Both the position numbers and the translations under genes were made by a program. A DNA stretch of 63,828 bases, counting the filler, from Octopus bimaculoides (Eukaryota): the NCBI RefSeq assembly GCF_001194135.2. It is 5 parts of 5 records of this genome, joined end to end, with 100 filler letters (N's around TTAATTAATTAA, not from the genome) between each part and the next. Parts side by side here need not be neighbours in the genome. Positions count along the whole stretch, not along the records: positions 29,608 to 58,689 come from NC_069005.1; positions 58,790 to 61,606 come from NW_026430825.1; 3 more parts are not named here. One strand, given 5' to 3'. This document shows positions 51,001-60,571 of the stretch, piece after piece. The stretch's first letter is position 1. Each line of letters begins with the position of its first letter. The notes beneath the pieces were generated by a model. It saw nothing but the letters and a program-made list of their open reading frames with translations, ran no database searches and was not told the origin of the DNA.

Positions 51001-54000
51001 GACACACACACACACACATATATATATACATACACATATATATGACTGGCTTCTTTCAGTTTCTGTCTACCAAATCCACTCACAAGGCTTTGGTCAGCCC
51101 AAGGCTATAGTAGAAGACACTTGCCCAAGGTGCCACGCAGTGGGACTGAACCCAGAACCATGTTGGTTGGTAAGCAAGCTACTTACCACACAGCCACTCC
51201 TGCATCTCAAAATCTTTTTCTTGTATTCTTCTGTGTATAAGAAATAAAAATAAATAAAACCAAGCCATTTTCTCTTCTCTTCCTCTCTTTTTATTCCTCA
51301 GTATTACTATTGATGATGTTGTTTATGTCATCGATTGCGGCAAAATCAAAGTGAAACATTTTGAACCAGAGAAAAATCTAACGTCGCTTGAACCCCAACT
51401 GGTGTCCAAAGCAAATGCTAAACAGCGCCGGGGACGAGCAGGCAGGTAAGTAGAGGTTTCTTGCATCAGTATTAATAATGATAATGAGGGCAAATGGCTC
51501 AGTGGTCAGGGTGTTGCACTCGTGATCTAGCGATTGTGATTTCAATTCCTAGCATTGTGTTCTTGAGCAAAACCCTTCATTTCACATTGCTCTGCGATAC
51601 ATCGACATCTGATGCGTGGCACACCGTGCCTCTGTTCAGGCAAGATCGATTTGATGGAAAGAGCGAGGTAATGTGCCGCACGAACACTTGATTGCTACAA
51701 ACAAATCCTTTGTGCTGGTCGTTCGGTAAAAGCTGAACGCTCATGTGTCATCAACAGGAGAATCTGCCATTGTCGTCATCATTGCCGCCGCCATCGCCAC
51801 TGCTGATGGTGCTGCTGCTGCTGTTTTGTCTTGCATCCTTTCAGGGTTGATTAAATAAATACCAGTCAAGTTCTGGAGTTGATATGAATGACTAGCACCC
51901 CCACCCCCCCAAAATCTCAGTCCTTTGTACCTATAGCAGAAAGGATTATCATTAAAATGGTAAGCCAGAAGAATTGTTATCATGTTGGCCAAAGTGCTTA
52001 GCAGTATTTCTTCCGGATCTATATGTAATGCGTTCAAATCCCTCTCAGGTCAACTTTACATTCCATCCCCTCGAGGTTGGACTCATTTTGTTTTTTTTTT
52101 ATTGTCTCCTACTCTAAATGAAAGCTTGTCTTTCATACCATGTATACACACCAGCCCTTAAAATTCCCTTAGGCCTCAAGAAGCTGCATTCTATCTAAAA
52201 GTTGTTTTTCAGGTGTCGATCACAGGAAATTTAGAAATGTTTTTTGTGGTAGGGGTGGTGTTTTTATGCTACATGTTGGTCCTTTTGAACAATTATTGAT
52301 TGCAGAATTTTCCCTTGTTTTATGTTTTTCTTGGTTCCACTGGAAGAGTGCAGCCAGGTGAGTGTTATCACCTGTATTCCACATTTACTGAGTCAATACT
52401 GGATGACTATCTCCTACCTGAAATGTTGAGAACACGGCTAGAGGAACTCTGCTTACAAATTAAGGTAAGACATGTAAAGGTGTAATCTACCTTAGGATTT
52501 TAGATTAACGAAGCAAAACTGTTGAGCAGATAAGGTTGGGGAATTAAGTTCTGCTCTTTTGGCATGGATTCTATGGCTGTAAAGAACCTCTGCTTACAAA
52601 TTAACTCGTTTGATACCAACCTACTTGAGACTATCCCTGGTTAGTGATCTTAATTAAAACCTTCCATCAAAAAATATTAATTTATGTTCCAAATACCAGT
52701 TCAACCATTTAGCATTTAAACCTGTTGTATCTGGCCCAAATAGGCTACCTGTTTTATGTTCTAACCAGCCAGATCCAGCCTATCACACCTGTCCTTCAAT
52801 GTCATTATAGAATATACAATCGCATCAACAAAATATCATAGTGGTTTCGCACCATTATCATTGAAACCACTCAATCTTGGAGGTGCCAGTGCTGTTATTA
52901 AGCTACTGGGGAAAAAGCTAGCGAATGTATAGTGAGACAGAAACAAACAAGACATTATATAAATACAACAGATGAAGAATTATGCATATGCCTTGTGCCA
53001 AAATTTGAAACCATTATTGTTATTATTATTATCATTGTTGTTGTAATTATTTTTATTATTCTTTTTGCCAGTTATTGAAGTTGGGAAAAATTATTCCATT
53101 TGTGGAGAAAGCAATCCAGACTCCATCATTACAAGCATTAAACTCAGCCATCAAAATCTTACAAGACCTGGTAAGTTGCTGTAGTTCCAACCGTTATCAT
53201 TAACATCATCATCATCATTCTCTCTTTTACTTCCTTTTCTATTTGAAACAATATAATCAGTCTGGTTCACATTCCTATCTGGCACCACCACTCTTTCTCT
53301 TTCCCTTCCGTTTGCTCCCTTCCCTTAACCCAGGGCCCACGTGGCCCTTGGGGGGGTCCACATAAGATTTTGTTGTTAGAATTTATGTGCAATAAAAAGC
53401 TTATACTTCTCATCATCAACATTTAACGTCTGTAGTCCATGCTGGTATGGGTTGGACAGTTTGACCAGGGCTGGCCAGCTGTAATGCTGCACCAGACTCC
53501 CGTCTGATTTGGCCAAGTTTCTACAGCTGGTTGCCCTTCCTAACGCCATCCACTCCAAGTGTGTAATTTTTACATGCCACCAGCACAGGTGGTGGCATGT
53601 AAAATGATGATGAGTGACTGGTGATGGTGATGGTGGTGATATACATTTTTAAAAAAGTTTTATTACATAATGTTGTTTTATTTTGTAGAATGCTCTCGAC
53701 CAGGATGAAAACCTCCTGCCTCTGGGTAAACACTTGGCCCGCATGCCTGTGGACCCACATTCCGGGAAGATGATCCTGTTTGGTGCCATGTTTTGTTGCC
53801 TCGACCCCATCCTCACGGTTGCCGCCAGCTTAAGCTTTAAAGACGCTTTTGTTGTCCCATTGGTAAGTTGATCTATGTTGACCCAGCCATTGTTATCCCA
53901 CTGATAAACCCATCAAAATTTGTGGGCCTGTGTCAGTGTGGCTTCAGGTTCAATTCCACTGTACATATATATAAACAAGTGTATACGAGAACATAGCTAT

Positions 54001-57000
54001 GATATATTTTTTTACTTATTTCAGTCATTTGACTGCGACCATACTGGAGCATTGCCTTAAAGGGTATTTTTTTTTTTTAGTAGACTTACCCAAAGTTCCA
54101 TGCAGTGGGACTGAACCCAGGACCATGTGGTTGGGAAGCAAGCTACTTACCACACAGCCACATCTGTTTTCTATATGTTTGTGTATTTATATTTATTTAC
54201 GTTTTTTTTTTTTTATTAGGGAAAGGAAAAAGCAGCGGATCAACAGCGGAAGATGTTGGCAGAAGGAAGCAAGAGCGACCACATTATGTTAATTAACGCA
54301 TACAAGGTAACGCTGTGTGTGTGTGTGTATGTGTGTGTGTGTGTGTGTGTGGTATAGTAGAGTGGCGAAGATGTTAGGGGCTATAACAAAAATGGGGCTG
54401 CATACTTTAGAGTTCTTTGTCTTTGTAGGGTATATCTGGCATTTGAACCTGACACTATGAGGTTGCAAATCAAACTTGTTTAAACAACAACACCTGTTCT
54501 CTGCTTCCAAAGCATCAGAAGATATCAATTGATTGATTTGTGTGTGGGAAGAAATCACCAATCAGTTGATCTGTGTGTAAGAGGAAGTTGGGAAATATGA
54601 ATAAAGAATTTCTTGCCAAAATGAAAGAAAAAGAAGAAAAATATTTCTTTTACTTTTCAAAAGAACAAAAAAAAAAAGTTTTTTCCCTTCAACCTCATCC
54701 CACCCCCTTACAACTCCCTCCCTTCTTCCTACTTGCTGACCACTTACTTTGTTTATGTCCAAGACTGACCGATTTTTCAATCAAGAATCAACAGGAAATT
54801 ACCAAATGTAATCTTAATCAGATGTTGTTGTTGTTGTCGTCAATGTGTGTAACCCTAACCCTAACCCTAACCCTAACCCTATCCCTTCCAGTTGGCCCTG
54901 GTTGAAGAAGGCGGCCAATTAGCGGATGTGAGAACGTCTGATAGATTACTTGATGCTAATCATTCCGGCTAATGCTCTCCAAGTTCAAATCTTACTGAAG
55001 TCAGCTTTGTCTTTCACCCCTCCAGGGTCAATAAATAAAATACCAGGCCCATACTGGGGTTGTTTTCTTCCTTTTCTCTCTCATTCTTTTGTATGTATCT
55101 GTCTGTCTATCTTTCTCTCCATCTCTCTCTCAGGGCTGGAGAAAGTCTGTAGCTGCACGTTATGATTACTCCTACTGTCACCAGAACTTTCTCTCTTTCA
55201 ACACACTTAAGGTAAGAACTCTTGTTTTTTTTTTTGTTTTTTTTTTACTAATTCCTCCTCTCAATGTATATATTTTGATGTAGTGTTTTATTTATTTTCC
55301 TTGTTTTTTTTTTTAATTTTTAGCTGCTGAAAGAGATGAAGGGTCAGTTTGCATCCTTGATCCATCAACTTGGCTTCATATCACAACCAAATCCATCAGA
55401 GAGAACTGCTAACAGAAATTCTGGTAGGCCCTTCCCCATTAGAACTTTGTATATATGTATATATGTATTCATTCGTTCGTTCGTTCATTCATTCATTTAT
55501 TCAACATTTGCAGACGTTAATCCAGGCATGTTTTATCTCTCTCTCCATCTGTTTTCTTTCCTTATTCCTTTCTGTAGAAGAGCATAGGTTCGAAACATCA
55601 AAGACTCTCTCACTTTTCCTGAGCATCAAACAAATACACCTTGTTTGTTGTCCCCTCAACTTTTTCTGCCTTCTGATTATTTTTATACAATTTTGAACGA
55701 TTATATGCATTCAATTTTTTTTCCACCTGGATTTACTGCAATGTTGGATTTTAACAACCTTATCGTTTATTGAGCTTTTAATTACTGTCGATTTAGTTTT
55801 TAATACATGAATTCTCTCTGCATCGATATAAAAATATGTGTGTGTGTGTTTATATCTGTGTGTGTTTTGTATTTTGTTTCAGATAACCTGGAGTTGATCA
55901 AAGCCATTATTTGTGCCGGTCTTTACCCAAACGTTGCCAAAGTACAGAAACCTTCAATGGGGAAAAGGTAAGTCAGTTCCACCACCATCTGATCTGGCAG
56001 AGTTTCTACAGCTGGATGCCCTTCATAACGCCAACCACTCCGAGAGTGGGGTTGTATGTAAAGTCGTTGCCCCAAATTTAATGTTTGTTCTATAACCAAT
56101 GCTTCTTTATCTTTGTCTCTTTTATATTTGAGCCCTTATTTTGCAGTCCTATAAACCCTTTTCTTTCTGTAAAAGGAGACAAATATTATTTCTTGTTGTA
56201 TATATTTACCTATATATATATGTATGTATCTATATGACGGACTCTCCCGTCAAAGATGACATACGAGCCTTTCAGCTTTTGCCGAACGCCCTGCACAAAA
56301 GATTTGTTTACAGGGATCGAATGTTATGGGCTGTACATTAGCTCAGTCTCTCCCTCCATCACATCGACGTTGCCTGAACAGCTGCATGGTGTACCATGTA
56401 CCATGCATCGGGTGTGAAAGTGATCTCGGAGCAACGTGAAATGAAGTGTTTTGCTCAAGAACACCACACACCACCCATTCTAGGAATTGAAACCACGATC
56501 TTGCAATCATGAGTGCAACACCCTAACCACTAGGCCATGTGCCCTCTCACACATATATATCACACGCATGCACACACACACCCTTGTATAACCACTGTAC
56601 ACTGTGTGTGTCATCCTATGTTATGTTTTACAGACCCACCTTACTACAGACCAAGATAGAGAAGAGGGTCTCTCTCCACCCGAAATCTGTCAATTCCACG
56701 GAATCAGTGTTTGAATCAAAATGGTTGATTTACCACCAAATGTTGAAGACGTCGGGGGTGAGTAATGCCTTGTTGTTGTTGTTGTTGTATTTGTGTTGTG
56801 AGGTTGGGGTTATTAGGCTATGGTTGTTGAGATAACATTATTGAAGTGAGACAGTGGTGGGGGTGTTAAGGATGAAAGATGGTGATGGTGACAGCATGTC
56901 TGTGCAGAAGGGTGAAAGGAGTCAAATGGGCCTCGACAGAGCGCAAAGGGCCTTAGCTAAACATCACAAGGCATTTTGCCTGATCTGTCGATTCTGCCAA

Positions 57001-57924
57001 TCCACCACCACATCATCAACATCATTGTTGTCATTGGGTCGGACAGAGTTTAGTGGGGTATATTTTCTACAGCTGGATGCTTTTACTGTAGCCAAACCTC
57101 ACCTGTTTCCAAGCAAGTATTTCCCTACAGCCAGACATGTTCCTACAGAAAGGCCTCAAATTGCAGGAAAACAAGACATTACCACCAGTATCTAATACTT
57201 TATTTTATTGAACCCAAAAGGATGAAACATAAAGTTGACCCTGGCTAGATTTCAACACATAATGTAAAAAGGCTGTAGCAGCAGCAGTAGTAGTAGTAGT
57301 AGTACTAATAGTGGTGGTGGTGGTGGTGGTTGGAGTGGTAGAATGATGGTATTACTTCTTTTGTTTTTTTTTCTTTTTTGTTTGTTGTTATCTAGCTTTG
57401 TTTTTGGTTTTTTTTTTTATTTCTTTGTTAATTAGTTTTGTTAATTATGGAACTGTTGGTGTTAATTCTCTTTTTTGCAGATCTACCTCCATGATTGTAC
57501 CATTATCTCACCCTACCCACTTCTATTCTTTGGTGGACCAATAGGCATCAAAAGGGTAAGTCTCTCTACTGTTGTCATGGCGATTGTGGTAGTCGTCGTG
57601 CTTATTGTTGCTATGGTGATTTTCTTGATGCGAATGGTTTTGTTGTCGTGACTGTTGAGAATCGGAGAGCCACAATGATGTAAAAAGACTCCTCATATTT
57701 GTCCCTAATAAGCATAACCCCCCCCCCACACACTCATTTCTTATAATCCTTGTAATTTCATGAACACATACACCACTACTGCCATCCAAGCATTTGAATT
57801 CTGTTCTTTGAGTCGATTCCTCATTCTTTCCGCCGTTTCCTTGCAGGATGGTGACCAAGACTGCATTACGGTGGATGAATGGATTGTTTTCCAGGCCTCT
57901 CCAAAGACAGCAGCTCTTGTGAAG
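39665..57924 (+). CDS. DHX36: ATP-dependent DEAH-box G-quadruplex resolvase DHX36 (RHAU/G4R1), spliced, 3'-partial; one internal exon lost in a gap
   Basis: 25 exons with compatible phases: 39665-39785, 40783-40872, 42017-42123, 42293-42764, 43207-43343, 43820-43894, 44213-44308, 44612-44691, 45161-45235, 45713-45879, 46664-46745, 47380-47499, 48188-48290, 49211-49298, [missing], 51302-51445, 52347-52464, 53072-53170, 53689-53862, 54220-54306, 55134-55211, 55324-55423, 55883-55967, 56634-56757, 57481-57555, 57847-57924. Motifs: DHX36-specific motif [50 protein letters not shown]2 and OB-fold sequence (HPKSVN, DEWIVFQ). Confidence 0.97.
40783..40872 (+). CDS. DHX36: DHX36 exon, second RG-rich module ([20 protein letters not shown]), 90 nt, phase 1-1
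   Basis: ttcAG acceptor, G|GTATGT donor, open frame compatible with both neighbours. Confidence 0.8.
42017..42123 (+). CDS. DHX36: DHX36 exon carrying the DHX36-specific motif (DSM)
   Basis: Translates to [35 protein letters not shown]; TAGCAG acceptor; CAA|GTATGA donor. Confidence 0.95.
42293..42764 (+). CDS. DHX36: DHX36 exon: helix following the DSM plus a long S/D/H-rich linker
   Basis: [21 protein letters not shown] aligns with human RAVVHMDERREEQIVQLL; aacAG acceptor, G|GTAATT donor. Confidence 0.9.
43207..43343 (+). CDS. DHX36: DHX36 exon (...[13 protein letters not shown])
   Basis: FRKKLPSY motif just before RecA1; tttcAG / AAG|GTTAG. Confidence 0.95.
43820..43894 (+). CDS. DHX36: DHX36 exon, Walker A ([15 protein letters not shown])
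   Basis: Motif I; tacAG / CAG|GTAAAC. Confidence 0.97.
44213..44308 (+). CDS. DHX36: DHX36 exon, motif Ia (VPQFILDD...[11 protein letters not shown])
   Basis: Conserved DEAH motif; gcAG / TCT|GTAAGT. Confidence 0.97.
44612..44691 (+). CDS. DHX36: DHX36 exon (VAQRVADER...VGFQIRLE)
   Basis: Conserved DEAH sequence; aAG / AG|GTTCG, phase 0-2. Confidence 0.95.
45161..45235 (+). CDS. DHX36: DHX36 exon, motif Ib ([18 protein letters not shown])
   Basis: cacAG / CC|GTAAGT, phase 2-2. Confidence 0.95.
45713..45879 (+). CDS. DHX36: DHX36 exon, motifs II (DEIH) and III (MSAT)
   Basis: [18 protein letters not shown]...[10 protein letters not shown]; ccAG / G|GTAAGT. Confidence 0.97.
46664..46745 (+). 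CDS. DHX36: DHX36 exon ([22 protein letters not shown])
   Basis: IPGFTYPV motif; gcAG / AA|GTAAAA. Confidence 0.95.
47380..47499 (+). CDS. DHX36: DHX36 exon, variable RecA2 insertion ([12 protein letters not shown]...)
   Basis: 120 nt, phase 2-2, catAG / AG|GTATGG; the open frame fits both neighbours. Confidence 0.85.
48188..48290 (+). CDS. DHX36: DHX36 exon (YSPATCHSL...[14 protein letters not shown])
   Basis: Matches human YSASTVDV...VDLNLIVALIRYIV; ccAG / GAG|GTGAGT. Confidence 0.93.
48320..48535 (-). mobile_element. SINE family A copy (antisense) in a DHX36 intron
   Basis: Reverse complement matches the family A consensus along its length. Confidence 0.85.
49211..49298 (+). CDS. DHX36: DHX36 exon, motif IV region ([14 protein letters not shown])
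   Basis: ttccAG / C|GTATGT. Confidence 0.96.
49493..49706. repeat. Degenerate minisatellite, about 5 units of 45-50 nt (GAGAGTGA..TTAGATG.GAA.CCCTG)
   Basis: Visible periodicity in the intron after exon 49211-49298. Confidence 0.75.
50832..51203 (-). mobile_element. Near full-length SINE family B copy in a DHX36 intron
   Basis: Colinear with and highly similar to 22400-22781. Confidence 0.9.
51302..51445 (+). CDS. DHX36: DHX36 exon, motifs V-VI ([14 protein letters not shown]...KQRRGRAG)
   Basis: ctcAG / AG|GTAAGT. Confidence 0.97.
52347..52464 (+). CDS. DHX36: DHX36 exon ([10 protein letters not shown]...[16 protein letters not shown])
   Basis: Conserved; aAG / AAG|GTAAGA. Confidence 0.95.
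53072..53170 (+). CDS. DHX36: DHX36 exon, winged-helix region ([14 protein letters not shown]...LQDL)
   Basis: ccAG / CTG|GTAAGT, phase 0-0. Confidence 0.93.
53689..53862 (+). CDS. DHX36: DHX36 exon, HA2 ([23 protein letters not shown]...[12 protein letters not shown])
   Basis: Strong match to human NALDKQEELTPLGVHLARLPVEP; gtAG / TTG|GTAAGT. Confidence 0.97.
54220..54306 (+). CDS. DHX36: DHX36 exon (GKEKAAD...[11 protein letters not shown])
   Basis: SDH motif; ttAG / AAG|GTAACG. Confidence 0.95.
54850..54880 (-). repeat. Interstitial telomere-type repeat (TTAGGG)5 in a DHX36 intron
   Basis: Plus strand reads TAACCC x5 followed by one degenerate unit TATCCC. Confidence 0.9.
55134..55211 (+). 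CDS. DHX36: DHX36 exon (GWRKS...[13 protein letters not shown])
   Basis: ctcAG / AAG|GTAAGA. Confidence 0.94.
55324..55423 (+). CDS. DHX36: DHX36 exon ([19 protein letters not shown])
   Basis: Matches human MLHNMKGQFAEHL; ttAG / G|GTAGG. Confidence 0.94.
55883..55967 (+). CDS. DHX36: DHX36 exon ([20 protein letters not shown])
   Basis: CAGLYP motif; ttcAG / AG|GTAAGT. Confidence 0.96.
56634..56757 (+). CDS. DHX36: DHX36 exon, OB-fold (VSLHPKSVN...[11 protein letters not shown])
   Basis: tacAG / GGG|GTGAGT. Confidence 0.96.
57481..57555 (+). CDS. DHX36: DHX36 exon ([19 protein letters not shown])
   Basis: gcAG / AGG|GTAAGT. Confidence 0.96.
57847..57924 (+). CDS. DHX36: DHX36 last visible exon ([18 protein letters not shown]...LVK) with a GC donor
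   Basis: Matches human [22 protein letters not shown]; gcAG / AAG|GCAAGT. Confidence 0.93.
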
Positions 57925-58789
57925 GCAAGTATTTCTATCATCATCATCATCACCATCACGTATACGCAAGATTGCTAAGCATAATCATGTGGTTGAATGA
58001 GGAGCAGGGAGGATTACAGGTAAGATCACCGCCATCAATTTACCATGAGGAAAGTTTACCAAGAAAATATATCCTCAATATTTCGTTGTTGGATTTGGTT
58101 TGCAAGATTCTTTATGTGAGTTTGTGTATTGAAGCATATTTCGTTGTGTCTGGAGAGAGTCATTCTCTTTTAGTGCCTTATTATTTAACACACCCACCAG
58201 TAAAGTTTCCACTCATTTACTTATTTATTTTTCCTAAAAATTTTCGAACGGACAGAGTCAACGGCCATTGAAAAGATTGCAAGAGACAACAAAAATTAAT
58301 CATTGCTAGGTAGGCATAATTAATTACATCATAGAGCACCTGACACTCACTCTGTCTCAAATTAGATATTTTAAATCTAATTTATCTGTTTATCTTTGCA
58401 AGTCACTTAGCACAGCAAAATGTAATATATTTATCAAATATATATATAAACATTATATTATGAATACTGTAAGAGGCACTGGTATGGCTGTGTGGTAAGA
58501 AGTTTGCTTCCCGACCACATGGTTCTGGGTTCACTCCCACTACATGGCAACTTGGGCAAGTGTCTTCTACTATAGCTCCAAAGCCTTGGTAGACAGAACT
58601 GTAAAAAGCCCACCGTGTGTGTGTGTGTGTGTGTGTGTGTGATTTTCTTTTGATATTGCATAACTGATTATCTCCCTTTTCGATCAGGANNNNNNNNNNN
58701 NNNNNNNNNNNNNNNNNNNNNNNNNNNNNNNNNTTAATTAATTAANNNNNNNNNNNNNNNNNNNNNNNNNNNNNNNNNNNNNNNNNNNN

Positions 58790-59665
58790 ATCTATGTGTG
58801 TGAGAATACATTTACGTACGTATGTGAATATATATATATATGTATCTGTACATATCTGTCTATGCATGTGTGTGAATGTATATATCTACATTGGATGTGT
58901 GTGTGTGTGTGTATATATATATGTACCTGTCTATACATGTATGTGGATATACATATCTATGTGTGAAAGTATATATGTACATGCAGTGTATGTAGAGACA
59001 TATATGTAGCTGTCTATGTGTGAATGTACATGATTGTGTATGCGAGTATATATGTTACTGTCGATGTTTGAATGTACTACTATGTATGTACACAGCTATG
59101 TGTGTGAGAATGCATTTACGTACGTATGTGAATATATATATATATATATGTATCTGTGTATGTACATATCTGTCTATGCATGTATGTGAATGTATATATC
59201 TACATTGGATGTGTGTCTACATGTATGTGAATATACATATCTATGTGTGAAAGTATATATGTACATGTAGTGTATGTAGAGACATATATGTAGCTGTCGA
59301 TGTTTGAATGTACATATCTGCATGTATGTGAATATGCGTACATACATTGAATGTATGTGACAATATATTTGTGCATGTGAGTATATATATGTTACTGTCG
59401 ATGTTTGAATGGACTTATCTACATGCATGTGAATATATGTACATGCATAGATTGAATGTACTAATATGTATGTACACATCTATGTGTGTGTGAGAATATA
59501 TTTACGTATGTATGTGAGTATATGTATGTATATATATATATGTATGTATGTGAATATACATATCTATGTGTGAAAGTATATATGTACATGCAGTGTATGT
59601 ATGTACATATCTATATATGATTGTGTATCTGTCTATGCATGTATGTGTATCTATGTGAAACTTAC
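58790..59665. repeat. Low-complexity (TA/TG)-rich satellite with an internal ~305-nt tandem duplication
   Basis: 58792-58990 recurs at about 59097-59295. Confidence 0.75.
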
Positions 59666-59875
59666 TTGCATGCCTGGGTTCGGGACATCACATGAGGGTA
59701 GTAAACAAAGAATGCATCGTTATGATACAACGCTGAGTCGCCTCCATTACAGTATATGTGTGTGTATATATATATATATGTTCAGCTTAAGAGTGATCTC
59801 GTTTTGTCATCAGAGACAAGACTTCGGCTGGTGAACAAGAGATCAGCACCAAGTCATTATATGGTGCTAATTAAT

Positions 59876-60571
59876 GAGAGAGAAGGGGACTATCACCATC
59901 TCGTGCAGTCAGGAGAGAGAAGGGAACTATCACCGTGTCATGTCAGTCGTGCAGACATTAAAACTGTCAGGTGAGAGAGAGTGGAACTATCACCGTCTCG
60001 TGTCAGACATTAAAACAGTCAGGTGAGAGAGAGTGGAACTATCACCGTCTCGTGTCAGTGGGGCAGACATTAAAACAGTCAGTAGGGAGAGAAGGGAACT
60101 ATCACCGTCTCGTGTCAGNNNNNNNNNNAGACATTAAAACAGTCAGGTGAGAGAGAGTGGAACTATCACCGTCTCGTGTCAGTGGGGCAGACATTAAAAC
60201 AGTCAGTAGGGAGAGAAGGGAACTATCACCGTCTCGTGTCAGTTGTGCAGTCATGAGAGAGAGAAGGGAACTATCACCATCTCGTGTCAGTCGTGCAGTC
60301 AGGAGAGAGAAGGGAACTATCAGCGTGTCGTGCAGACATTAAAACTGTCAGGTGAGAGAGAATGGAACTATCACCGTCTCGTGTTAGTGGGGCAGACATT
60401 AAAACAGTCAGTAGGGAGAGAAGGGAACTATCACCGTCTCGTGTCAGTTGTGCAGTCATGAGAGAGAAGGGAACTATCACCGTGTCATGTCAGTCGTGCA
60501 GACATTAAAACAGTCAAGAGAGAGAAGGGAACTATCAGCGTGTCGTGCAGACATTAAAACAGTTAGGAGAG
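59876..60571. repeat. Minisatellite with 35-60 nt units (GAGAGAAGGGAACTATCACCGTCTCGTGTCAG...) and higher-order structure
   Basis: About 13 related units; the four-subunit block 60129-60333 recurs at 60334-60548. Confidence 0.9.

Noticed and set aside
57310-57340. (GGT)n tract as a two-tier RNA G4 in the DHX36 pre-mRNA
   Set aside because: Such (GGT/ACC)n tracts are common in introns of both orientations in this window, so it is not distinctive.
59876-60571. Regularly spaced repeats reminiscent of a CRISPR array
   Set aside because: There are no unique spacers, units vary internally, the context is eukaryotic and there are no cas genes; it is a minisatellite.
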